The position numbers and the translations under genes are program-made. The notes under the pieces were generated by a model, which had not been told where the DNA came from, made no database searches, and saw only the letters and a list, made by a program, of their open reading frames with translations. DNA of 64,000 nt from Ylistrum balloti (Eukaryota), in contig NW_026782600.1 in the NCBI RefSeq assembly GCF_031769215.1, positions 62,001-126,000 of the forward strand. Direction: 5' to 3'. Numbering within the stretch: the first letter of the stretch is position 1; every line of letters begins with the position of its first letter. This document shows positions 25,511 through 37,860 of the stretch, piece after piece.

Positions 25511-28283
25511 ACGCTCTGAAGTTACAGATAGCCTTACCATATTATGTACCTGTTTCAAATACCTCCTAATTCACTACTTTATTTTTTTTAACTTTATTTC
25601 AATGGAAAATTTGAAACAATCATACAAAAAAAACATGTATTGTTATCTTAATATCACTGCATAGGAAAGATAACTCGTGTTACAAACGGGGATAACTCAC
25701 ACACAAAACAAGCTAAACTAGAAATGTCATCTTCAGAATAACTAATACCCCGTGCAGATGCAAAGATTTCTATGTACCAAATTTAGTCAAAACTTAGTAA
25801 AAAAACAGGAGAAAATTCATCAGAGGCCAAGACTGTGTTGCCATAGTAACTTTCTGTATAGCTGATCTTAATCAATGAACGACCACAACAAAGGCCCCAC
25901 ACTTTCAACAGAGTAGCTTGTAATTACTTAAATACAACTGTTAACACATAAACACTGTAGTTAAATTACTTCATTTGTGCATTCTAAGACATAAACATTG
26001 TCACTAGATATCTACTACATTCAAATTTTATATTTGTCTTTTTATCTTTTCATATCACAGACTAGAAGCAGACCAAACACATGCCTGATAACAAGATATT
26101 CCCCCATCTTCAGTTGAATTTTAAAAGTGTAGGATTCATCATGAAATGTGCAAGACAGCACCATAAATAGCATGGAGTGGCTCTGTAAGACATGGCTAAG
26201 CTTAGAATATCAGCCACATTTCAGTGTAACCTCAATCAAGTCATGGACACATCTCTGCAACAATGCTAATCAAGAATACTTCCACGTAGCGGGGGTGGGG
26301 GGGGAATAGTACCTGAACTGTTACAACCAACAGAACAGGTATATTCCTACAACATCTTCCCTCATCAGATTCTGTGTAGGTTTAGTATGCCACATGTAAA
26401 GAATGAAAAGGTCATATCTCTCGTACATTTCTGATCTGAATGTTTATCTTCAATATACAATTCAATTCTCATTCTTGACTATCACTTTTCAATTAAAAGA
26501 GTTCAAATCTCTATCCTTCTTTCTGTCAATCCCTGATGCAAACATGCAAATGCATGTGAGCAAAATTAAAAAAACAAGAGGCCCAAGGGGCTAAACAGTC
26601 ACTTGAGTAAACTCACAAGCAGAAATGATTTAAATCTGAAGTATAGAAAAGAGAAAATAAGAAATACTACTTGTACAAGAGTTTGGTAAAGCATCTTAAG
26701 ATCCTTCCTACCAGGAATAGTATCTGATTCTACCATGTTGGGGTATTAAGGACAGACACCACTGGACTTTGTCTCAGGAGATCTTAAAAAATCCATGTGA
26801 TTTTTATTTGGGTAATTCCAATACCTTATAAACCTGACACCATATTACAGAGCAATAATTATAACTGGCAATAATAAACACAAGTTGGATTTTATGTTTC
26901 TCAAATGCATGGATTTATGGAATCCAATCAAAATACAAATTCTACAGCATAAAGACCCTGGTACTTAAGTCACATGATTGAAAAATTTCAAGTACCTTGT
27001 GATTGAAAAGACAATATTTTATGCATCCAATATTATTGTGTAGGACATACAGGAAAATGACTTCAGGTATCAGATGTGCAGGGAGCAAGCACTTCCCTAC
27101 ACAGAAATGTGTATACAAAGCATATCTTTCTGTCCAGCTGTCCATATTATTGTTTAGTAAAATTATTTGTCAGTGTTACATGTTAAATTACTATCCTTAA
27201 AATATTTTATAAATATCACTTGTACTTTTGAAATCTGAATTTCCCAGAGTATGGATTAAATGTTACCTGACCTATAAGACCTATGTATTCTGACAGCCTC
27301 AGAATCTTAAAACAAATATATGTTATCTCATTTTCTCATTACCGCTGCTAAATAAATCCTGATCATTCTTCAAACCCGTCTCTTAAAAACCCCTGAGTAT
27401 TATGACAGCCTATCTAATGTGACATAGCTTCACAGGTCCCGAGGATATTAAATTGATCAATTATCATCTCTCTTCAGTTGATATACTTCACAAATCAGGC
27501 CAAAACACTAGTATAATTAATTACATTGTCAAGCAAATAATAAAAAGATATTACAAAATTTAATGAAGATTATCAAAACATACTTAAGGTTGATAATTCA
27601 GCCAAGCTCCGTGTTGTACACATTGAAGTATTTAGACAAAATCGTTCTTACCATAATTCATTTCTTTTAATCATTTATTTCATCTAAAAATAAATGAAAT
27701 TTTTATATTTTCCGAAAATCTATTTTTCAAGAAGTGAATTAGTTGCAGTAATTTGATACAATCGTTGGAAGCCTTGCAGATGTATATATGCTGCTTACTC
27801 ACTCTATCATAACCTATATCTTAATCTGGATGATACATACAACTCAACAGCATGGGTGTGGCAAATGTGGTACATTGGCTTCCAGATTATAATTGGTTTT
27901 TTCCTAATGTAACAAAATATTGATAAAGAAATCTTTCCAAATGCAATTCTCTACCAAAACCATCCTTTATAATACAGGTTTTTGTTAGATTTTTCAATAA
28001 CTCACTCTTTTTTTTCAAAGCAACTCATAATTCATCCCCAAATTTTGTCTGTGATATATCATTTTTCTAGTTTTAGACAGAAGCATTTCACCCTGGCCAG
28101 CGTTTCTATTCCATCATGTACTCCTTTCACGAGGTATTGTTGAAGACACCTGTACCTATATATTCTCTATGAAGTACATACAAACCCCATTTTCTTTAAG
28201 TAAAAAACAGCAAAAGGAAAACAACAACTAGTCAAAAACCATGTATAAATGTATTATTGGTCCTTTGATGTATTATTGATATC

Positions 28284-29134
28284 TGCTGTACTACACAAAT
28301 AATATATTACTGCCCACCTTGTGTTATAGTGCTGTACTACACAAATAATATATTACTGCCCACCTTGTGTTATAGTGCCGTACTACACAAGTAATATATT
28401 ACTGCCCACCTTGTGTTATAGTGCCGTACTACACAAGTAATGTATTACTGCATACATTGTGTTATAGTGCTGTACTACACATGTAATATATTACTGCCTA
28501 CATTGTGTTACAGTGTCGTATTACACACGTAATATATTACTGCCTACATTGTGTTACAGTGCCGTACTACACACGTAATATATTACTGCCCACATTGTGT
28601 TACAGTGCCGTACTACACACGTAATATATTACTGCCTACATTGTGTTACAGTGCCGTACTACACACGTAATATATTACTGCCTACATTGTGTTACAGTGT
28701 CGTACTACACATCATGTAATATATTACTGCCTACATTGTGTTATAGTGCCGTACTACACATCACGTAATATATTACTGCCTACATTGTGTTACAGTGCCG
28801 TACTACACAAGTAATATATTACTGCCTACATTGTGTTACAGTGCCGTACTATGCATCACTTAATATATTACTGCCTACATTGTGTTATAGTGCGGTACTA
28901 CACATCACGTCATATATTACTGCCTACATTGTGTTACAGTGCCGTACTATGCAACACGTAATATATTTCTGCCTACATTGTGTTATAGTGCCGTACTACA
29001 CATCACGTCATATATTACTGCCTACATTATGTTACAGTGCCGTACTATGCATCACGTAATATATTACTGCTTAATTTTGTTATAGTGCCATACTAAACAT
29101 CACGTCATGTATTACTGCCTACATTGTGTTATAG
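28284..29134. repeat. 46-49-bp minisatellite (about 18 copies)
   Basis: Unit tgtgttatagtgccgtactacacaagtaatatattactgcctacat; period measured 28291 to 28337. Confidence 0.95.
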
Positions 29135-32100
29135 GCACTTTCTCTTCATCATAGACCTCCATGCTTTGTCATGCATTCCAAATTCAACCTCATAAGCAAC
29201 CTCGCTTGGTGTGTTAAGCAATATGCCAACATTTGCAATGCTAATCCTACCAGAAGCCTAAATAAAATCCATAAACGACACTTTTTCAATTAAGTTGGTA
29301 AATCATTAAGGAAAGAAGGGGACAAATGCATCAGAAAGAAGATAGATATGGCTTATAATGACTGAGGCACTCATTTGGTGAGATGCTGTACTTAACTCCA
29401 AAGGTACCCAGATTGGGGATGGGGATTCTGAATATATCTATCATGCAAAATGATACAATTTATTGCCAATGAAACAATTCATCTTTGCCAGCGCCTTTGG
29501 TGTTGCTGTTAGATCCAGAAGGAATTGTCTACACTGGACCTGCAGGCGGTTAAGTTCCACAATCCTCCACTGTATATATATTATGCTATAATCAATATTC
29601 TGCTAGCTCTTATAGGTTATAGTAACCTATAACTCTATGTGCCAGGCCAAGAGCGCCTCCCAGCACTATATTGGACAATCTGGCCCCAAAAGAAGAAATA
29701 AATCATTGCCTGCAAAACGAAAGGTTCAGTGACTTTTTAGTAAATCACCTTTCTGTCTAATTCTGAAGTACAGAAAATACCTAAACCCTCCTCAACCAGA
29801 AAGCAGTCGCTATAGAACTTTACTCTTTCTCCTATAGCTTACTACAGATTCATACAGCCCTCTACCAGCTCTAATTTAATTATCATTCATATCAGCTATG
29901 AATGCAGTGGTCAAACTTCTGACATCATCAATACAATGACGACACATGTATTGTGATGTGGAAAATCGATTGATTAATGAAAAGAATTGGTTTGAAGTTT
30001 TCATCAAAATTAACTGGGTCAAGGTCTTTTTTTTCCACAAACTTTGTCAGGCATAATTCCTTCCAAATGTTTTGATTCCATGCCTTTTAGTTCATCATCA
30101 GAGTTTGATAGTTTCAACATTTCTAACACCTGTGACCTTAGATATGGATAAAGATTTGTTCTTTTCACAAACATTTTTTTTTCATTGCAAAGTTGGCAAG
30201 CTTCATCTGAAGAACCTATGGGTGAAGACCATTTCTTTTTACAAACTTAGTGCAGCTTTATCTCAGGAACATACCAGTCAAATATCATTATTCTAAGCCT
30301 TTGGTTTTTTTTTTTTTGAATTTGACCCCTATGACCTTGACACACCAATCAAAGATTTAAAGTAGCATATCAAAGGTTAATCACATTTAAATTGGACATG
30401 TGAAAAGGTCAAACCAACTCAAACTTATGGACATGTCACCATCAATTTGTCTTTACTGAAAATTACCTAAAGTTCACAAAATACAATCTATGGTATATGA
30501 CTCCAAGGGGAAGTTGATGTAGAAGTGATGGTACTGAAGTATGCTTAGTCATGTGATCTTCAGACACATACTTCTCTGATTTAGTTACAGCATCAGATGT
30601 AACTTGTATAACATGATTACCTTGGTGATGCAACCACATGAAGACTCATTCCAGGAAACTTTATTTAACATCACACTGGAGATTTCCACGAAAATGTGCC
30701 ATCAAGTGTTTTGTAGAGTTCAAGAACGAAGAAATGTTGAAAGAAATATCTCTTCTTAGTTCCATTTCAGGTGATAATTTGCATCTTATGGATCAAGTAA
30801 TGAATATGTCATGGTTTTTCCTGTAATCACAGGTATTTTTCCAGAGAGTCACCTTCTCTATATAATCTCAGTATCATAACCTAACGATCTGACATACTGA
30901 CAATAAACACAATCCCCACTCCAAAAATAAAAAAGGAAAAGAAAATCTGTTTTTCAATTCCTGTCTTTGGGGGTTGGATATATATAAATATATATATATG
31001 TACTATGAGTGAAAACTATAAATTGATAAAACCATCAAGTTGTTCATATATCAACAGCAGAGTCACTTTCATTTTCAATGGATGCTGATTAATTATTACT
31101 TACAGGGATATTTTCGTCATTGAATAAAACTTTTTTGCCCAGGGTCATTTTCACCTAAAATACATCAAAAACTAGCCCCCCCCCCCCTTTTCTTTTGCCC
31201 TTTTTGAGAAAGGGCCAAATGGATGTAAGGTTCCCTGAATACAATAATTGATGGCCATGAACACAAGGGGCAAGCAATTAATTGATTTTTAAGGACACAA
31301 ATAAATACAAAAAGATAAAAGAAACTATTGATTAGAGATCCATTACCTTACTTGAAAGTGAAATATTAACACCAAGACTGTTCCATGTTACCACATATAT
31401 ACTTATAAAGGTCAGAAACAGTGAGAGGTAATTATATAAGCTTAGTGATTTCTACAGAATAGAGGTAGTGCCCCCTATCTCCAATAAACTACACTATTTA
31501 TCTGGAAAGGTTGAATCATTTTCTAAATTTGTCTCACTTCGGTAGGTATCACAGCCCTTAATTAGCTTTTGTATCTTGACATTTAGAGAATGGTCCAATG
31601 CAATCTTGAATTATTTATAATCAAATTAAACCCATTGTTGAGTTATAATTCACAAATTCTGCAATATGTCCAGGTAATCAACATGTAACTTTCCACTTAA
31701 ATGTTCTGGGTGCTGATAATGGTAACATCTTTACTGTCCCGAATTTAATAGCAGTGGGCTTTAATCAACAACAACCATGGCTTGTTATCTACACTGCACA
31801 TACAAATGTTGTCCTCAATAATTTAACAAGTCCTTTTTGATGCAATGTATAAATATGGGTTTTTGCAGCATGCAAAAGCAGTTGTGCTTATCAGGCAAGC
31901 ATCAGACAATATTTGATAACTACACACATTCTGCAGTTTCATTATATATTCTATGAACAGGATTGAGATAAGATAATTTTCATACAAGTAGAAGGTCTTT
32001 ACTATAATAGGACCTGCAAGTATCGAGAAAAAGAAAAGAAAAAAGAATCCCATTAGAATACTTCTGCTCTTTGAATTCTTATGTGTTGTGTTTTCATTAA

Positions 32101-34857
32101 AAATGTGCATTTAGTAAGAGGGTCTCACCATTAGTTTGTTCTGAAGTATATCAAATAATTACTGTAAATGTGATTTATCAAAAGAACACATCACCTGTAA
32201 ATGAACTGATCAACGTTTAAGCCTTCTCCAATAATCTATTGTCTTTTATTTCAGGTTTCTGAATCAATTCAAACACATAAACAAATGCTTATATATCTAT
32301 ACAGATAAACATGTTTAATAAAGCACTTGAGCTCCTCCCTTTCTTAAAGCAACTATTCTCTTATATATATAGGAGTATGCACATCACATTTCATAACCAC
32401 ATCAATTAAGCTGTTTAACTTTGGTGAATAAAAGAGAGTGATAAACACTTAATATCAGACACTTGCAGACTCACAATCTGTTTTCTAATGCTTGTACTTT
32501 TAGGAGACTCCCATACTTAAAAAATCATAGTTTCAGGAAGATCCACTTAGAAATTAAGTGGGTTAAGCAATGATGAACAGTGAAGACACACTGGAATCAT
32601 TGCCGATATAGGTGTCAACAATAAATCAATATATTTTGTTTATAAATCAACAAAGTAAGCTTCTTATGTCATGGCTGTCTAAAAAGGATGAAACAGTGAA
32701 ATATTGATGTTAATATTGTAGCCTGCACTAAGCCAGAAATCGAATTAAATATTTTTATAATCAACAGCAAGAAATCCACCATCAGAATAAAACAGATTTT
32801 TGGTGAAGATAAATTTTTAGATCATCAGGTATTGACCATCAGTGTCTGTAAATGATATATTAACATAATTTTACATCTGTTTTGGATGACATAGAACTTC
32901 AGTTGGTCTAAAATTGTAATGAAGGGAAATCAAAAAGATGGTAACAGTAAACCTTCGGTCAGTTTGAACAGGCGGGTAGTTCAATCATGCAAGTTTTATT
33001 CCAAATAGTAATAGTTTAAACTTTTTCTGGTTTTGTTTCACCTACAATTAAAACATTTTGAACATTATGTGAGACCACTCATATAACTATTGATAAATAT
33101 ATTGGCATTGCAATATCACTCAATGTGGTTACTAAGCACATCGATGTTCAACGTGCGATGTAAATGTTCATTATAAGCAATTGATAACACCAAATTACAC
33201 TACATGTCACTAAATAGCATTGATTCAGTGTGATTTCTTTCACATCTTGACGTCACACGATGCTTGCGTCAGCTGACACAACTTGAGGCCCAACCCTGTA
33301 TCACAAGTGATTAGTATATAAAGACCACTGAATGTCATCACTGTCAAATAGTAACTTCACATTTCAATTATCCCTCTTTACTATGCCAAATACATGATTG
33401 TAGGAGTCATAATTATAACAAGCATTGATCTGTAGTCATAGGTCAACACTTCACATCCTGATATAACAAGTTCCACAAACAAAAGAAGACATTTTTGGGG
33501 CTATATTTAACATGGTTTCATTTGTTCCGATATCCTAGGTGATGAAGAGCAAAATAAAGCCTGTGATTTCTTAACAGTCAAATATGTGCAGTAAGTGTTT
33601 CAAAAGAGAATCTTAATATAATCACAATATTCTTTATTCAGAAAATGCCATTACTTATCTGTAGTTTCCTCCCTAGTTCAAATGATTCTAACTATCTCTC
33701 CGACTATGTAGGTAGTCAAAACCCTTCAGAATATTTCCTGCCATGGATGCTTTTAACCACTTCATCGTGATTTTGGGCAATGTTGACTCTGACAGTTCAA
33801 ACTTTAATTTCTTTTCACTGGCATAATTTCACACAATTCTTACAGTTCAACAATATTCATTTAATTTTGCTGGAACTGACCAAAGGCTTACCATATACAG
33901 AAAGCACTAAGAATGATGGTTTCTAACACTTAATGTATGTAACAAAAAATAGCTTAATAATTAATATAAATATAAACAGTTGAATAATCAAAAGGACAAA
34001 CATAACACTTCAAAACTGCTATGAGGCCATTAGCCATAAACAGCGAAGATAATTGAGTTAGTTCAAAACTTTTCTCAAGTGATGAAGAAATGCTGATAAA
34101 TACATCATTGTTCTGTGGCTTTAAGTCGGCTGGAATGACGGTAAATTTATAGTTATCAAGCTACATATAATACAAAGTGCCTAATGACCTTGACAGTCAC
34201 CTGGAATAAGCAACATTGAATATAAAGGTTATAGGGTAAGTAGCTTTCAAGTGTCATGAAAATGAAAGTGTGACATTGATAGTTAGGCTTACGTGATAGG
34301 TTTTAAGCACTTGGGAGGTCAGTCAGTGTTAATATATGCATACCATCCAATTGTCATTCTATACTTATAACTCTTACCAATGGAAAATAAACAACTTCAT
34401 TCTGAAAATTTTTTAATTTCCTATAAAACTAAACTAAATTTTACCTTCTCCCCATGGAGGAATGCAAGACCATGAGGCTATGAAATAAACAATTTCAGAG
34501 ATGCATCATTGGACTCTTCAATCCATGAAGAAAATTTGATTCTACACTGACTAGATTTTTGAAATTTGAGTCAATTTGACATATAGGCCCTTCCCTCAGG
34601 CTACTTAGATGTGGGCACCATTATGGTTCTTCTTTAGCCTTGGAAGGTTTCAGCAAAATTTCACCAACGATATCAGATAAAAGGTGATCACAATTGGTCA
34701 CCATGAGACATAAGGCATTGAATTAATATTGTAAGTCTGTAACAAAGAAAAATCTCACAAAAACCGTCAACATTTCCAATGTTCTTTTAAAATAATCTGA
34801 CATGATAATCAGCAGTGTATTTGATCTATATGTTGATTCATATAATCTAAGCATCTA

Positions 34858-35020
34858 ATGGATGTGAAAAGGTAGGGGTCACCTGCCCGACCACATGGAT
34901 TTACCCTGGGTACTCCGTTTCCTCCCAACCTAAGACCCTTTGTGTGCTTCCATCTGAGCCAACAAGAGTGATTCATAGAAGTTGGAAAAACTTGCTTCAC
35001 AATTAATGTAAAATAAATCA
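34858..35020 (+). mobile_element. Older 5'-truncated copy of the same V-SINE
   Basis: ggatgtgaaaaggtaggggtcacctgcccgaccacatggatttaccctgggtactccgtttcctccca...gccaacaagagtgatt...gtaaaataaa aligns with the reverse complement of 18385-18560, with many substitutions and no tRNA head. Confidence 0.85.
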
Positions 35021-35561
35021 GGTTGATTATTTTATTACTGGTCACTTAGAAATAGTAGACATTTTATAATACTGTTTTTCTGATTTTATTTCTAATTACT
35101 AATTATATATTTGAACAGAAAGATAACAATTCCAGGGAAAAAAGTAAAACAGAACGACAGAAATTTCAATGGAAATGATGTCATTGAATCTATTACAACA
35201 TGCTGCAGCGTAATAGTGCCAATAAAAGAATGAGCATATAGAAATTCTTAATGTAGTTTTATCAGAAAGATCCAAAAAGAAGCAGTCTTCGCAACAAAAT
35301 ACTGCAAACTGACTTTTCTGTGTGATTCATCAAATACAAAATCACAAAAACTAATTAAAACATGATAATTAGCAACAATTTTCAAGTTAAAACCTTATTC
35401 ATTGATAAAACACATCATTATTTACATCTGTGCAGTTAAGTCTGAACCTAATGTACAAGGTATGTATAGCTATAATGCATAGTAACTAAATATCTGTGAC
35501 AATGATTTTATTTCCATGAGTGATGGAGTCTCAAATCCTTGTTCAGACTACTAGCCTCTAT

Positions 35562-36054
35562 CAGGGGTCTGGCAAAATATTTTAAACCACCAGGCGCAGG
35601 ATTGGTAGGATGAAAAATTTACTCGTCCAGATTGGAAATTTACTCGTTCGGATTGGAAATTTACTCGTCCAAATTCAGCTATGAAATGGTGACTTAATCA
35701 GCGAGGATGTGACATGTGACTTTTTTTCTATTTTTATTTAAGAACGAGGGCACCTGACATCAGTATGACAGCTGGAAAATGACTAAGGTATTCCGAATGC
35801 TATATTTGACGTCATGGGACTTCCGTTGTAATCGAAAGTTAGAGAGCAGACTGGAATATTTTGTTTTCAAAGTACCGTAAACACCTTTCTTTGTTTTAAA
35901 TTTTCTTTACATTTTTATTGAAATTTAAGTTGTAACATTAATATCATTGGAAAAAAGTACTCGTCCGACGGACGATTGAAAAAAATAAATCTGGTTGTCC
36001 GAGACAATTTTCACTTGTCCATGAGGACCGCACGAGTGCTTTTCCGGACACCTG
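35562..36054. mobile_element. Non-autonomous hAT-like DNA transposon (MITE, 493 bp) with 5-bp TSD
   Basis: Imperfect 15-bp TIRs CAGGGGTCTGGCAAA and (reverse complement) CAGGTGTCCGGAAAA, 12/15 identical; flanking TCTAT on both sides; subterminal ACTCGTCC-type motifs at both ends including three 21-bp tandem copies at 35615-35670. Confidence 0.8.
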
Positions 36055-37718
36055 TCTATACCATGCCATACACTGTAAAAGCATTAAAATAACTTTGATC
36101 CACTTTCACAATGTATGAAAATAGTACTGAATTAATTTGAAAGTTAGCAAGGCTGCTTTAATCACCACATTTGAAATTAATAAAGTATTGAAAGTTATGG
36201 TCAATGATCATGGTCTTTAAATGACCCTACTTACTAATTAGAGATGAAGCTTTATACAAGGTTTATACATCATTGTTTACAAAAGTAAATTTCCTTGAAC
36301 TTGTATTGCTGAAATCACAACAGTCTGTAACTGTGAAAGAAAACACATTTACAGTAGTTGTAATTTCATATTCAGTGATTGAAAATTTTGTGTTGTTTAT
36401 CCCTTGACAATGACCTTGCATTTTTGTGCTGGTACTGAAATATTTTCACAATTTCTAAAATTACTTTTCACACACCATTGTGCTATTTCCATAGGGATTA
36501 AGAAAACTTAACCGTTAAAGACTTTTCCTGAACGCATAGCCCAATAGCTCTCAACTCTTCCTCCAAACCAATCATTTATCAGGTTTTGTTTTTGTACAGT
36601 TCACTGTTAATTTACATCAGAACCACATAACACCAGAAAGAGTTCCCAACTAGAAGATTTAATTAAATAAACCAAACTTTTAAAGTCATACTTTAACTAG
36701 CATGTAAAATTCTTGTTTCTATTAAAAAATCATCAACATGGTAATTTACATGTTTGTTACATTTCTGACAGAAACTCTTGTATATGATTGTGAAATAGGT
36801 TGGTTACAAGTTTTTCATCTGCATGCATCTATCTTCCTAATGCTTGATGTCTTCCTGCTGTCAGTGTTCTGTCAATGTGTTTGTTTTGGGCAGCACTGAA
36901 TTGTCTCCTTATGGAATTAATGGTTGTTATAAATGAGTTTACAGGCAAACATCACATTGCTTACATTTACCTTCACTACATTGTGATGTAACTGTTATAT
37001 GCTGATTTCAATCTGATTTAGAAATATACTAAAAAAAATTATTCCTTGTCAACAGTAAATAGCAAAATTCATTTAGAGGGTGTATTGTCACCATTTCTGT
37101 GGTAACTCTAATCAGGCTGAAATGGTCACAAGCTGAATATCATTTAGGACACGTAATATTACATGTTTTCTTGATACCTTACATAGTCACATCACTGTGC
37201 AAGAAGACAAGTTCCACTTAATTTGCTGCAGAATGTTTTACTAGGAGTACATTCCCCTATCTTAAGCATACGACATTCTAGTATAGAGTTACTTCCCTTG
37301 ACAAGGGACTTTTTCTAATTTCAAAGCACTACATAGTCATTCCTGGAAAGCAACATTTGCAAAGTGAAGGACTTAGGTCCTGAAGATCATCTATGTAGTT
37401 ACTATTTTTCCCTTTTATTTTTACCCGATTTTTAACTCTCATATAAACTAACTTTGTAAAAATGAATGAGAACTGATTTTTATGAAATTTTATGCCAAAT
37501 AAAATGAGCAAGTAATACATGACAGTGACAATCGTAACTAAGTACATATACATGTATGGTATTCCCTAACCTAGACATTTAACGTTATCTCATCTCAATA
37601 ATTCTGTAATATTGATTTACAGTGGAAAATACTGATTATTAAAACATACACTTCTTTTTAGGCAAGGTCAACTACCTTAAAATGACCAAAATCCTAAGTA
37701 AATCACTTTATTACTTAC

Positions 37719-37860
37719 TCATTACATTCCTTGGAAAGTTGAGATGGAATTTGGTATTTACAGTCAAAGATCATGGTAAGAGTTTCGCTGTCACTAGCCT
37801 CATGGAATGGGGGACTACCACACACTAGCATGTACAGGAGGACACCAAGACTCCACACAT
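37719..37860 (-). CDS. SNRK: SNRK coding exon 2 (142 nt; kinase subdomains IX-X)
   Basis: Not in the ORF track; read by hand. Acceptor ctctttacAG at 37862-37861, donor GA|GTAAGT at 37718. Encodes (D)[46 protein letters not shown](D). Phase 1 in and phase 2 out fit the flanking exons. Confidence 0.96.

Noticed and set aside
29440-29570. GC-richer patch with a minus-strand acceptor, possible poison exon in intron 2
   Set aside because: No convincing donor and no homology; the required frame stops after about 20 codons; cannot be distinguished from background.
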